Source: an uncultured delta proteobacterium (GTDB lineage Bacteria > Myxococcota_A > Polyangia > Fen-1088). From it: a stretch of DNA of 64,000 nt. The notes beneath the pieces are model-generated. The model saw only the letters and a program-made list of their open reading frames with translations, was not told where the DNA came from and ran no database searches. This document shows, in pieces, positions 51,314 to 61,555 of the stretch. A program made the translations under genes and the position numbers. Numbering within the stretch: the stretch's first letter is position 1; every line of letters begins with the position of its first letter. The DNA lies in the NCBI GenBank assembly GCA_963737265.1, contig CAVTRY010000023.1, positions 448,001 through 512,000 of the forward strand, read 5' to 3'.

Positions 51314-51843
51314 TCTTTTCGGACACCGCGGTCGCCGGTGCGACCTTGATTCGGCCCGAACGCCTCGATGACGAGCGAGGTTTCTTCGCCCGCACGTACT
51401 GCGTGCGCGAACTGCGAGAACACAACGTGGATCCCCAGGTCGTCCAGCGCAGTATCTCGTACAACCGCGTGCGTGGAACGCTGCGGGGCATGCATTTTCA
51501 GAACGCGCCTTACGAGGAGAACAAGTTCGTCTCCTGCTCTCGCGGATCGATTCACGATGTCGTACTCGACCTTCGGCCAGACTCGGCGACCTACCGAACC
51601 TGGGTCGCGATCACGTTGACGAGTCAAGGTTTCGAAACCCTCTTCGTTCCAAAGGGATGCGCCCACGGGTTCATGACCCTTTCGGACGACACGATCGTTC
51701 AGTACGACATCTCTGATTTCTTCCATCCCGAATCGTCCCGCGGCATACGCTTCGACGATCCAACTTTCGCCATCGAGTGGCCCATGGATCCAGTCGTCAT
51801 CAGCGCGCGCGATCTAGCTCTTCCACCCTACGCCAGTCCATAG
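51310..51843 (+). CDS. rfbC: dTDP-4-dehydrorhamnose 3,5-epimerase family protein
   Basis: DERGFF, TLRGMHFQ, DLRPDS and AHGF motifs; TTGA overlap with the upstream stop. Confidence 0.9.
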   Translation: MIFSDTAVAGATLIRPERLDDERGFFARTYCVRELREHNVDPQVVQRSISYNRVRGTLRGMHFQNAPYEENKFVSCSRGSIHDVVLDLRPDSATYRTWVAITLTSQGFETLFVPKGCAHGFMTLSDDTIVQYDISDFFHPESSRGIRFDDPTFAIEWPMDPVVISARDLALPPYASP

Positions 51844-51877
51844 CGAAAGGCACCGGCCATCGCAGTCGGCGCCTCGG

Positions 51878-52636
51878 TCATCCGCCGCGTCTTCCCGATC
51901 CGGAAATCAGGTACCGCGCCGCGGCCCGCAACCTGCCGGCCCACTTGCGCTTCGTAGCGTTGAGGATGAACACGGGCAGTCGCTTCTGCAACTCCGCATC
52001 CTCTTTCAGGCTGAGCCCGCCGGTGTCGTTGTAGACAGCCACCACAATATCCATGTGGCGAGCTATCAAGGCAGGATTCTGAAAACAGCGAATGTTGAGA
52101 TCCCAGTCCGCCCAAATCGGATAGCGGAGGTTGTACGGACCAATGGTCGAAAAAATCTGCCGCCGGTAGAAGATGCTCTGGTGGCAGATGTTCTTCTCGA
52201 AGAGAAGCTTGTCCACATCGAACACGCCGCCGTAGCGTGAAGAGTTGCTCCGCATCTGCACATCGCCGTAGACCAACTGGCTGGTGGGATGGTCGAGGAC
52301 AAACGCGGCGATCTCTCCCAGCGTCGCGTCTTGGTAGAGGCGATCATCGGCTCCGAGGAAAAGCAGCCACTCGCCCTGCGCCTCGGCGATTGCCCGGTTC
52401 ATCGCATCGTAAACGCCATCGTCCTTCGCCACCTGCACGACGAGGCGAGCGCCCAAACGAGGCTTGAAGGTCGAGATAATCTCCAGCGTCTTGTCGGTCG
52501 AGCCGCCGTCGTGTACGACAACCTCGAAGTCCTGGAAAGTTTGCCGAGCGATGCTGTCGAGGCATACGTGAATCACACGTTCCACATTCAGCGTGGGGAC
52601 GATGATCGAAAACAGGGGTTGCCCGCCCCCCCTCAC
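51878..52636 (-). CDS. GT2 glycosyltransferase (WcaE-like)
   Basis: [26 protein letters not shown] and CHQ motifs; GTGA overlap with the upstream gene. Confidence 0.9.
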   Translation of the reverse strand: MRGGGQPLFSIIVPTLNVERVIHVCLDSIARQTFQDFEVVVHDGGSTDKTLEIISTFKPRLGARLVVQVAKDDGVYDAMNRAIAEAQGEWLLFLGADDRLYQDATLGEIAAFVLDHPTSQLVYGDVQMRSNSSRYGGVFDVDKLLFEKNICHQSIFYRRQIFSTIGPYNLRYPIWADWDLNIRCFQNPALIARHMDIVVAVYNDTGGLSLKEDAELQKRLPVFILNATKRKWAGRLRAAARYLISGSGRRGG

Positions 52637-54294
52637 GCCGCCCCACCATCCTCCGCCCCCGCCCCCTCCAGCAGCTCCCTCGCCATCAGCCGCAGCTTGT
52701 ATTTCTGGATCTTGCCGCTGGCGGTGGTGGGATAGGCGTCGACGAAGAAGATGTGTTTGGGGCACTTGTAGCGGGCGATGCGGCTTAGGGCGTACTCGCG
52801 CACGTCGCCTTCGCCAAGCTCGGCGCCGGGCTTCTTGCGGATGAAGGCACCGACCACTTCGCCGTATTTGGCGTCGGGCACGCCCACGACTTGAACGTCC
52901 TGGATGCCGGGCATGGTGTAGAGGAATTCCTCGACTTCGCGCGGGTAGATGTTTTCGCCACCGCGGATAATCATGTCCTTGATGCGGCCGGTGACGCGGT
53001 AGTAGCCGTGCTCGTCGACGTAGCCGAGGTCGCCGCTGCGCAGCCAGCCGTCGTTGTCGATGGCCCGGGCGGTCTCGTCGGGAAGGTTGTAGTAGCCCTT
53101 CATCACGTTGTAGCCGCGACATTGGATTTCCCCCTGCTCGCCCGTCGCGCATTCCTTGCCGGTGTTGGGGTCGGCGATGCGAACTTCGACCTGTGGCAGC
53201 GCGGTGCCCACCGTGCCGGTGCGGCGCTCGAGATTGTCGTCGGTGCTGGTCTGGGTCATCACGGGTGACGACTCGGTCAGGCCGTAGGCGATGGTGATCT
53301 CGCTGGCGTGCATGTCGCGAATCACCTGTTTCATGGCTTCCACCGGACAAGGCGAGCCGGCCATGATGCCCGTGCGCAGCGACGTCAGGTCGAACATGGA
53401 AAACATGGGGTGGTTCAATTCGGCGATGAACATGGTGGGCACGCCATAAAGCGCGGTACAGCGTTCTTTCTGGACGGCGGCCAAGGTCACCAGCGGATCG
53501 AAAACCTCGATCATCACCGCGGCGGCGCCATGGGTAAGGACGGCGAGCACGCCCAGGACCAGTCCGAAGCAATGAAACAGCGGCACGGGCAGGCACACGC
53601 GATCCGCGTGCGTGAACTTCTGGCGCTCGCCGATGAACCAGCCGTTGTTCAAAATGTTGTAGCTGGTCAACATCACGCCCTTGGGAAAGCCGGTGGTTCC
53701 CGAGGTGTATTGCATGTTGATGACGTCGTGGCAGCCGATGCCCTGGCGCGCCCGCGCGTAGTCCTCGTCGGACGCATGCTCGCCGAGCAGGAGCAGCTCG
53801 GGAATGTTGTACATCCCGCGATACTTTTCGGGTCCGAGATAGAGCAGGCTTTTGAGGCGCGGAAATCCGCCGCTCGCCAGGTAGCCGCGCGGACAGGTGA
53901 GCGATTCGGGCACCAGTTCGCGCACCACCTTGACGTAGTCCACATCGCGAAATCCGTCGACCAGCGCCAGCAGCTTCATGTCCGACTGCTTTAGGACGTG
54001 GGCCAGCTCGTGGCTCTTGTAGGCGGTGTTGATGGTCACTAGCACGGCGCCGATTTTGGCGGTGGCGAACATGAAGGTCAGCCAGTCGGGCACATTGCGC
54101 GCCCAAATGCCCACGTTGTCGCCCTTGCCGATGCCGATGGCCAGCAGGCCCTTGGCCAAGCGGTCGACGCGCTGGTTGAACTCGCCATAGCTCCAGCGCA
54201 GGTTGCGATCCGGGTACACGACGAAGTCGGCATCGGCGCGCGCGGCGACCTGCTGGTCGAAGAATTCGCCGATGGAAAGGCTGGTGTGGGGCAT
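52633..54294 (-). CDS. AMP-binding acyl-CoA synthetase
   Basis: [36 protein letters not shown] and SGKIQK motifs. Confidence 0.95.
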   Translation of the reverse strand: MPHTSLSIGEFFDQQVAARADADFVVYPDRNLRWSYGEFNQRVDRLAKGLLAIGIGKGDNVGIWARNVPDWLTFMFATAKIGAVLVTINTAYKSHELAHVLKQSDMKLLALVDGFRDVDYVKVVRELVPESLTCPRGYLASGGFPRLKSLLYLGPEKYRGMYNIPELLLLGEHASDEDYARARQGIGCHDVINMQYTSGTTGFPKGVMLTSYNILNNGWFIGERQKFTHADRVCLPVPLFHCFGLVLGVLAVLTHGAAAVMIEVFDPLVTLAAVQKERCTALYGVPTMFIAELNHPMFSMFDLTSLRTGIMAGSPCPVEAMKQVIRDMHASEITIAYGLTESSPVMTQTSTDDNLERRTGTVGTALPQVEVRIADPNTGKECATGEQGEIQCRGYNVMKGYYNLPDETARAIDNDGWLRSGDLGYVDEHGYYRVTGRIKDMIIRGGENIYPREVEEFLYTMPGIQDVQVVGVPDAKYGEVVGAFIRKKPGAELGEGDVREYALSRIARYKCPKHIFFVDAYPTTASGKIQKYKLRLMARELLEGAGAEDGGAA

Positions 54295-54306
54295 GGTCCG
54301 TTACCG

Positions 54307-54879
54307 TCAGGCGGGCGCGTACACCGTGCTGATGACTCGGGCGCTCGCACTGCCCACGGCCTGTGCCCGATGGGGCACGATGGAGTCGAAGTAGATGCTG
54401 TCGCCCACGGCAAGGCTGTAGGTTTCCTTGCCATACTCGACCTCGACCTGACCTTCGAGCACGTAGATGAACTCCTCGCCTTCATGGGCGGAGATTTCCT
54501 GGCTCTGGCCCGGGGTGATGGTGACCAGGAAGGGTTCCATATGGCGGGTGGATTTTCCCGACGCCAAGGCGCGGTACTCCATGGCCGGCTCAATGCCCGG
54601 CTTACCGGCATTGCGGAAGCGCGAGACGCCGGTCGCCTCGTCCCGCCGGGTCACCACCGGTCCAACCTTCTGTTCATCGTCCAGCAGGGTTCCGAGACGC
54701 ACGCCGAGAGCCCGCGCGATCTTGGCCAGCGGCGCCAGCGACGGCGCCAGCTCGCCGCGTTCGAGCTGTTCGACGAGGCCCTTGTCGCAGCCGCTGCGCG
54801 CGGCCAGCTCGTCGACGGTAAGTCCGAGGGTCGTTCGCAAGGTGGCGGTCCTGAGTCCAGCGAGGCCGGCTGCTGCCAT
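54307..54879 (-). CDS. XRE-family HTH regulator with cupin domain
   Basis: HTH with LERG..PSL; HEGEEFIYVLEG...GDSIYFDS..PH; AGGAG SD. Confidence 0.92.
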   Translation of the reverse strand: MAAAGLAGLRTATLRTTLGLTVDELAARSGCDKGLVEQLERGELAPSLAPLAKIARALGVRLGTLLDDEQKVGPVVTRRDEATGVSRFRNAGKPGIEPAMEYRALASGKSTRHMEPFLVTITPGQSQEISAHEGEEFIYVLEGQVEVEYGKETYSLAVGDSIYFDSIVPHRAQAVGSASARVISTVYAPA

Positions 54880-55000
54880 GGCGTGTCTCTCCTGATGGGG
54901 TCTGACCGGATAATCGTATGTTCGGGGCCGAAGCGCGAGTCTCAAGTGAAGGCCAAGCCATCCCAAACCCAATGGTCGACGGAAGACGGCGGTCGCGATA

Positions 55001-56506
55001 GTGTTCCAGGTTCCCGTGGTCAAAACCCGCTGTCTGCTGGCCTTGGCGGCCATCGTGCTCTCCGCGCCCCGCGTGCTCGCGGGACCGCTCGACGATGCAC
55101 ACGTGGGCGACACCGGGTTTTCCGGACCGACCACCGGCGACCTCACCGCGGTGTACTGGAATCCGGCTGCGCTAGGGCTGCTGCAGGGCCCGCAGATCAT
55201 GATTGGCGGAGCGCTGCAGATGACATCGGTATCGGTGGCGCGCACATCGATAGATCCGGCCACCGGCGCCAATCCCGGCGCGACGACGTTCCCGACAGCC
55301 ACCGGCGGCGCCACCCTGCACCCCTTTCGCTTGCCGCCTGGACCGAGCGGTTTCTTTGCCGTGGGGGCCGGCATCGGCCGGCGCTTCGGCATCGCGCTGG
55401 CCCTGTACTCGCCCTATTCGTCCAAGCTGACCATGAACCCGTCGAATCCGGCGTCCGATGGCCAGGCGCCCGCGCGCTACCACCTCGTCAGCATGGACTT
55501 CGAGCAAATCGCAACCGCCATCGGGCTCGCCGTCCACGTGTCCGATTCGATTCAGTTTGGCGTGACCCCCGGCCTGCTCTTTCCCACCGCGCACCTGGTC
55601 TTCGACGAGGACACGGCCTTGAGCGGTCAATTAAACGGTTCCAGCGCCGGTGTCGAGAATCCTGCCAATGCGGCACGCTACGACCTGGCTTCTCACGGCA
55701 TCATCGTTCCGTCCTATTTCATCGCCGGCGGGATTCATTACAGCGGCGGCCGGCTTGCGGTGGGGATCTCTTACACCAGCGCGCCGCTCGGCACGGGCGG
55801 CGCCGTCACCGTACCGATGGACAACACGCAGATCGGCCTGCCGTCCGTATCAGGTCCTGGTTTGTGCGCCGGCGCTACGACATCGACGTGTTTGTTGTCG
55901 GGCCAGGGCCAGTTGATCTATCGCTTGCCGTCCATGTACAACGCCGGTGTCACGTGGCAGGCCACCAAGACCTGGTCGGCCACCGGCATCGTGCGCTGGG
56001 TGCGCAACAGCGCGCAAAACAACATCACGGTGTTGGTCGTCGGCCCGACCTCGCAGAGCAACATCCTTGGCACCTCGGTGCCGAACCAGGTGGTCCTTTA
56101 CCGCGGCCTCGCAGACAGCTTCGACCTGCGCGGGCGCGTTGTCTACACGGCCAAGAACTTTCGCGTGGGCGGCACCATGCGGCTCGAAACCAGCGCGGTG
56201 CCAGCGAGCCATGTCAACGCCGCCGCCATCGACGGCCTCAAGATCGAGCCTTCGCTGGCCGCCGAGGTCAAAGTCTGGCGCGGAATTCGCGTGAGCGCGG
56301 GCTACGCCTTCACCTGGATGTTTCCCGTCAGCACCGGTGCTTCGGTTTTCGATCCCACGGCGGCTTCAGCCTGCACCCAGGCCGGCGGCGACCTGACCAA
56401 CCCCGCCTGCCAAGCGCGCCTGAACGGCCAGGCCCGGCCGAGCGCTGCGGGCGACTATCGGCTATGGCGCCAAACCGTTTCGGTGCTGACCACCTTTGGA
56501 TTCTAA
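55001..56506 (+). CDS. FadL/OmpP1-family outer-membrane beta-barrel
   Basis: Signal peptide, AVYWNPAAL hatch motif, C-terminal Phe. Confidence 0.8.
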   Translation: MFQVPVVKTRCLLALAAIVLSAPRVLAGPLDDAHVGDTGFSGPTTGDLTAVYWNPAALGLLQGPQIMIGGALQMTSVSVARTSIDPATGANPGATTFPTATGGATLHPFRLPPGPSGFFAVGAGIGRRFGIALALYSPYSSKLTMNPSNPASDGQAPARYHLVSMDFEQIATAIGLAVHVSDSIQFGVTPGLLFPTAHLVFDEDTALSGQLNGSSAGVENPANAARYDLASHGIIVPSYFIAGGIHYSGGRLAVGISYTSAPLGTGGAVTVPMDNTQIGLPSVSGPGLCAGATTSTCLLSGQGQLIYRLPSMYNAGVTWQATKTWSATGIVRWVRNSAQNNITVLVVGPTSQSNILGTSVPNQVVLYRGLADSFDLRGRVVYTAKNFRVGGTMRLETSAVPASHVNAAAIDGLKIEPSLAAEVKVWRGIRVSAGYAFTWMFPVSTGASVFDPTAASACTQAGGDLTNPACQARLNGQARPSAAGDYRLWRQTVSVLTTFGF

Positions 56507-56510
56507 GAAG

Positions 56511-57854
56511 ATGCGTCGTTGCTCTTTTCTTCTTCTGTTGCTCGCCGCTTGCGGCTCGGATCAGACGCTGGAATTCGACCTTTATCCCATCCAGCTCGCG
56601 CGGGCGCCGATACAGCCGGGCGGCGCCACCGTCGGGGGCCTCTTGGCCAAGGTGAACACTCCTACTGGCGTTGAACCGCTCCTGGTCGATTCGGCGTCTC
56701 CGCTCAACAGCCTTGGTCAGCAGGGGTGCACCGGCGCCCAGGCTCCCGGATGGACGTATACCGGCAACATCGATTTGCTCAACGGAGCGAGCGGCGTCTT
56801 GCGCGCCTCCTTCGGCAACGTTGGGCTTTTCGACATCTGCCCCGGCCCCGTCGGGGATGCGTCGGTGCAGCCCGCGGGCGTGGTGGGCGGCTCGCTCCTC
56901 GCCAACTTCTCGGTCGGACTCACCCTGCCGAGCGATCCCGCCAAGGCCGCGAGCATGACGTTGTGGCCAAGCTTCCCCGGGACCGACGACCAGCTCAACC
57001 AAGACGGCTGGGCGACGCTGCATTTTAGTCTGCGTGGCAGCGGATCGGTGGCACAAGGCAATGGCGAGGCGTCGGTGACGCTACCCAATTCCCTCGCCGT
57101 GCTTTCTGCCTGCGCCGCCCCGCGCGCCTTCGCCACCACCGATCCACTAGAAACCTGCGCCCTCAGCGAAGTCGCCATCAAGTCGAGCGGCGAGAATCTG
57201 CTGCTCGCGGTCGGCACCGGGGAAGGCCCGCTCGTCCTCAGCCAGTCCGCCTGGGCGCGCATCGCGAATGACACGGGACTTTCACCCGACTCGGGCACCG
57301 CGGGCGATCTTTACACACCCTTTGCGACGACGGCTGTTCAGGCGCTCTTCGTGTCCCTGCCCGGGCTGGCGATTCTACAAGGCACGACCGACAACACTTG
57401 GACCGGCGCCTGCGCCGAGTTGGCCAGCGCGCGCCGGATCGAATGGGTCCTTGCCAACCAAAAGAGCGTGGACAACCCGACCGGCACTGCGTGCTTTCAA
57501 CCCTGCGACGCCAGCGGCGGCCAGGCGCTTACCACCCGCTCGTATCTCGAGCTTGGCGGCCCGTTGTTGGCGGCCGTGGTCAGCGACACCAGCGTTGTCA
57601 TCACCACGCTCAATTCCGACGTGCCCGCCAATCCCGTGGTCGACGGGATCGTCGGCGCCGGCACCCTGGCGGGAACGAACCTGCGGCTAGATTATCCGGC
57701 GCAACCCAATGGGCGGGTCATCGCGGCCTGCGACAGCGCCTCGACCCGCGACACCTGCTGGGCTGCACCCAGTTGCCCGAGCCTGAGCGCGAACGGACAG
57801 ACCCACACCTGCTTCGGGCAAGATTCGCGCGGGCTGGCGCCGGTGTGTCCCTAA
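56511..57854 (+). CDS. Lipoprotein with tandem retropepsin-like lobes
   Basis: LLAAC lipobox; LLVDSAS...GVVGG and LAVGTG...DGIVG...LRLDY. Confidence 0.6.
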   Translation: MRRCSFLLLLLAACGSDQTLEFDLYPIQLARAPIQPGGATVGGLLAKVNTPTGVEPLLVDSASPLNSLGQQGCTGAQAPGWTYTGNIDLLNGASGVLRASFGNVGLFDICPGPVGDASVQPAGVVGGSLLANFSVGLTLPSDPAKAASMTLWPSFPGTDDQLNQDGWATLHFSLRGSGSVAQGNGEASVTLPNSLAVLSACAAPRAFATTDPLETCALSEVAIKSSGENLLLAVGTGEGPLVLSQSAWARIANDTGLSPDSGTAGDLYTPFATTAVQALFVSLPGLAILQGTTDNTWTGACAELASARRIEWVLANQKSVDNPTGTACFQPCDASGGQALTTRSYLELGGPLLAAVVSDTSVVITTLNSDVPANPVVDGIVGAGTLAGTNLRLDYPAQPNGRVIAACDSASTRDTCWAAPSCPSLSANGQTHTCFGQDSRGLAPVCP

Positions 57855-57986
57855 CGTTGGCCCCCACCGGATTCATCCAAGCAGCTTGAAGCGCGCGGCC
57901 TCGAAGATACCTACATCATGCCGCAATGATGTATCCCAGACAAGTCGGATGGCTCCCCACCAGGTGGCGTGTCGCCGCCCCAATAA

Positions 57987-58583
57987 TCAGTCTCCAGCCG
58001 CCGACGCTTCTTCACGGCGAACGCTTTGCACCGCCCGCCAGCTTACCCACGCGAATCCCAAAACAATGAAGAGACAGCGAGACAGGTTCTTCCCCTGATC
58101 CGCGATGAGTCGGTTCAGGTAGAAAGGAAACAGCGAATCATCGGGCTGCGCGAGCACATCGGCAGTGCTGAAAAGCAAGATGAACAGAAGGATGGGGACA
58201 ACCAGGGATACCAGCAGGACAACGTTTCTGTCCTCCACGCGCCGCTGGTCCCGCTCCTCGCGATTCTTCGCCCCGCGGGTCGAAATCTTGTCCATCAACA
58301 AAAAAAGCGGATAGCCGAGAAGTGCGGGTCCGGGCGCCTTGTTCGAGTAGAAGTGTCGGTCGGGCGTCTGCGCCCAGTCGATGGTGTGCTGGTGGTACTG
58401 GTCGATGCGAAAGCTGTGGTCCTCGGTCATGGCGGCAAGTGTCGCCCAGCGGGAATGGGTGTTGGTGAAACCCTCCAGGTTGACCGCACACTGGATGGCG
58501 AGAAAGAGAAGAACCCAATCGCCTGCCGGATTCGCGGCGACGCGCGCGAAAAAGCCCGGCCTCGCCTGCATCTCCTCAGGCAC
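57987..58583 (-). pseudogene. Truncated or internally deleted membrane GT-C-like gene
   Basis: FYSNKAPGP resembles YANKPPGP of the 522-aa protein at 9879, but this ORF is only 198 aa. Confidence 0.55.
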
Positions 58584-58615
58584 GACCCAAACCGCCCACG
58601 TGCGCGCTGCCCAGG

Positions 58616-58906
58616 CTAGCCTTTCGCTACCGCGGCTTTGTTTTCGAGCGTGGCCAGTTGGTCTTCAAGGTGCTGAATGGTGGAGCGCAGGGTGACCACC
58701 TCTTCGTGGGTAGCCAGGCCGAAGGTGCCGGCGGCGAGGCGGCCGGCCTTGTCCAGGTTCGACTTCACCGCGCCGCCCACGCTCATGGCCTTCATCGCCG
58801 CGTTCATCAGCCGCGGATCGCTCACCAGCTTGGACACTCTCGGGTTACCCGCGAGCTTGAACGCCTGGCCAACAACCACATCCTTGATCGACTTCAGAAC
58901 CGGCAT
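58616..58906 (-). CDS. Small helical hypothetical protein (phasin-like C-terminus)
   Basis: GLATHEEV..L...I..LE coiled-coil pattern; strong GC3 bias. Confidence 0.7.
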   Translation of the reverse strand: MPVLKSIKDVVVGQAFKLAGNPRVSKLVSDPRLMNAAMKAMSVGGAVKSNLDKAGRLAAGTFGLATHEEVVTLRSTIQHLEDQLATLENKAAVAKG

Positions 58907-59004
58907 GATGCTCGGGTTCTGCCACGATTAGCGAGTCAGGTCAACGCGCCCCGCCCGCCGTCGTGTCGAGCGCCGTGAATTCGTGTTAGAGCGTGTCTTC
59001 GCGA

Positions 59005-60000
59005 ATGGAGATCCTGAACAGTCCCCTCGGAAAGCTCGCCATTTCGCTCGTGTTGCTCGGTGCAATCGCGCCGGTCGTGGTGTGGTTCTTTCGCGACACC
59101 TGGAAACAGCTCGATGCCGAGGCGCTGGCGACGCGCACCCGGCACGGCAAGTCCGCGGGGCTCGACCGGCGCGTCCCGGTCACCTTCGCCCTGGGGGCGC
59201 TGTCGCTGGTGCTCATCAACTATTACGGCTCGCACGACTTCTACGACGGCACGATCCAGCCGCTCTTGCAGAGCTATGCCAACGGCCATCCCGGCGCGCT
59301 CGACATGGGCGAATATAGGGATCTCTACTGGCGCGTGTACTGGGGCCTTTCGCGCTATGCAGCCTACCTCCTGCCGCTTGCGGTGTGGCCCTGGGTGTTC
59401 AAGGAAAGCCCGCTCGATCTCGGGCTGCGCTTTCGCGGTTTTCGCGAGCACGCGTGGATCTATCTGCTGTGTCTGGTGATCGTGATTCCGACCCTGGTGG
59501 TGGTCTCGTACACGCCCGACTTCAGCCGCTACTATCCCATGTATCCCGACGCCGCCCGCTCGTGGCTCGACTTCTGGGTGTGGGAAATCATCTATGTCGG
59601 CCAGTTTCTAAGCCTGGAGATCTTCTTTCGCGGCTTCTGGCTGCGCGGCGCGCGCACGCTCGGGGTGGGCGCCATCTTCTCCATGGTTGCGCCCTACGTG
59701 ATGATCCACTTCCCCAAGCCCTACCTCGAAGCCTGCGGGGCAATCGTCGCGGGGACCGTGTTGGGTTCGCTATCGATGAAGACGGGTAGCATCTGGGCCG
59801 GCTTCCTCGTCCACTCGACCGTGGCCATCTTGATGGACCTGCTCGCGCTCGACCGGCGGAGCAAACTGCCCACCCGACTCACGCCTTTCGCGCCGGCCTC
59901 GTACAAATTCGCCTACACCGCGTACGCGTTGTGGGGCGTATGGACGCTGGCCCTGGTAGGGCTGGTCATCCTGCTGCGCCGCCGACGCAAGCACCGCTGA
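59005..60000 (+). CDS. CPBP (Abi/CAAX) intramembrane glutamic endopeptidase
   Basis: LEIFFRG, IHFPKP and SIWAGFLVH motifs, multiple TM helices. Confidence 0.9.
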   Translation: MEILNSPLGKLAISLVLLGAIAPVVVWFFRDTWKQLDAEALATRTRHGKSAGLDRRVPVTFALGALSLVLINYYGSHDFYDGTIQPLLQSYANGHPGALDMGEYRDLYWRVYWGLSRYAAYLLPLAVWPWVFKESPLDLGLRFRGFREHAWIYLLCLVIVIPTLVVVSYTPDFSRYYPMYPDAARSWLDFWVWEIIYVGQFLSLEIFFRGFWLRGARTLGVGAIFSMVAPYVMIHFPKPYLEACGAIVAGTVLGSLSMKTGSIWAGFLVHSTVAILMDLLALDRRSKLPTRLTPFAPASYKFAYTAYALWGVWTLALVGLVILLRRRRKHR

Positions 60001-60420
60001 TCGGCTAAGTAACAGGCCAACGACCGCCGGTCAGAAGACCCTGCCTGCCCTCCCGTCCCCGATCACTATCCAAGCGAGATTGTGAGAGAGCCGTTTGCAT
60101 CGAGATCGGGAACGGGAGCGCGGGCAGGGTACTGGGTGGTCGTTTACAACACCTCCGGGATTGGTGCGAAGTGCGAGAAACGCGGCCGGGACGAGAGCAG
60201 CGGCTTGCGTGCGCCACATTGCGGCCCTAGCCGTTCCATCTGACCTTCTGCCACTGCCACGTCCCTCTCCACGGAGATAAAGCTATGAGAAATCATGGTG
60301 ATTGTAACCGTTGCCCTTGCTGATTTGCCTGTCCGCCAGCCACCCAATCGCCCTGTCAGGGTTTGTCCTACATTGGCGACGCGGGCGAGAATAGAGCCGT
60401 TCCGCTAGAATCGGCAAGCT

Positions 60421-61530
60421 TTGACAGCTTTGACAGCCCCACCTTTGGAATCCGGCTCCCTACGCGACCGACTCCTCGCGGCACTCGCCGATCCCGATAT
60501 TGCGGGCAAGGCTGGTCGCAACCCGGCCGCCGTGGTCGCGTACCACGACGCGATCGCTGTTCTCGAGTGGATCGGAATCGGTAAGGGCCTGGTCATCGTC
60601 GACAGCGCGGGTATGGCCGCCTTGGACCTCGGTGCGCACCTCGACCGCATCCTGAGCTCGCACGAGAAGGGACTGCTCTTCGTCGCTGTGGTGGGCGGCG
60701 ATGCGGAGATTGCGCCGGCCCTGGTCGCGGCGGACGCGCGCGCCCGCGATCGCGACCAACTCGGCCTGTACCACATCGACCTGACCGGGAAGGCTCATCG
60801 GGTGGCCGGCAGGCGCTTGCCCGAGCTGGAAAAGGCGTGTCGCGATCTGCCCCCGATTTTTCGCCTGTCGCCCGACGACATCGCCGGAATCATCGAACGC
60901 GGCCGCAAAGAGCGCGCCGAGGCCATGGATTTCGTGCGCGGTTCGGCGCGCCGGTTTCCCCAGGTCACCGTGGGCATCATCGCCATTTGCGTCCTCGTTT
61001 TCGCCCTGACTGCCGGCAACGATCCGCGCGCCCAGTACGCATTTCTGCTTCTATGCAACAGTCCCGACAAGGTTCGCCAGGGCGAGTTGTGGCGCCTCCT
61101 CACCTATGCGGTGCTGCACGATCCGACCAGTCCGACCCACCTCATCGTGAACATGCTGTCGCTCTACAGCCTGGGCGCGTTTCTGGAACCGCTACTCGGC
61201 CGCTTTCGCATGGCCACGTTGTGGGTTGTGTCGGCTCTGGTCGGCGGCGCGGCGAGCGCCCTATTCGGGGGCGGGATTTCCGTCGGGGCCTCGGGTGCGG
61301 TGTGGGGCCTGGTCGGCGCGACCTTCGGCCTTCTGCGCGGCAAGGACTTTTTCCCCGCCTTGATCGCGCGCGGTTTGCGCCAGCGCCTCGTGGTTGTCTT
61401 GGCCATCAACATCGGCATCTCGTTCCTGCCCCACATCGACCGCTACTGCCACTTTGGCGGCGGCCTGGCGGGATACGTCGTCGCTCGCCTGATCCTGGCC
61501 CGACGACCGGTGGTTGGCGAAAACAGGTAA
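60421..61530 (+). CDS. Rhomboid intramembrane serine protease with N-terminal soluble domain
   Basis: WRLLTY..LH, HLIVNM, GASG and HFGG motifs. Confidence 0.92.
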   Translation: MTALTAPPLESGSLRDRLLAALADPDIAGKAGRNPAAVVAYHDAIAVLEWIGIGKGLVIVDSAGMAALDLGAHLDRILSSHEKGLLFVAVVGGDAEIAPALVAADARARDRDQLGLYHIDLTGKAHRVAGRRLPELEKACRDLPPIFRLSPDDIAGIIERGRKERAEAMDFVRGSARRFPQVTVGIIAICVLVFALTAGNDPRAQYAFLLLCNSPDKVRQGELWRLLTYAVLHDPTSPTHLIVNMLSLYSLGAFLEPLLGRFRMATLWVVSALVGGAASALFGGGISVGASGAVWGLVGATFGLLRGKDFFPALIARGLRQRLVVVLAINIGISFLPHIDRYCHFGGGLAGYVVARLILARRPVVGENR

Positions 61531-61555
61531 ATCGAGACCTTGAAAGGGGTGGCCG

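Noticed and set aside
50080-51843. Apparent 587-aa C-methyltransferase-epimerase fusion
   Set aside because: It results from the frameshift near 50905; the real methyltransferase C-terminus ends at 51313 and overlaps a separate TTG start.
51878-54106. 742-aa ORF ending in a GT2 domain
   Set aside because: The N-terminal part is an off-frame shadow of the acyl-CoA synthetase; the GT2 starts at about 52636.
54286-56655. 789-aa + strand ORF and many similar long Arg/Gly/Ala-rich ORFs
   Set aside because: They are off-frame or antisense shadows of real genes, as expected in high-GC DNA.
60005-60400. 400-bp intergenic region as a candidate ncRNA or small gene
   Set aside because: No recognisable RNA family, stable repeat or convincing ORF.
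60417-60437. AGCTTTGAC tandem containing two TTGACA hexamers at the rhomboid start
   Set aside because: Only about 2.3 units with no suitably spaced -10 box; probably a small local duplication.
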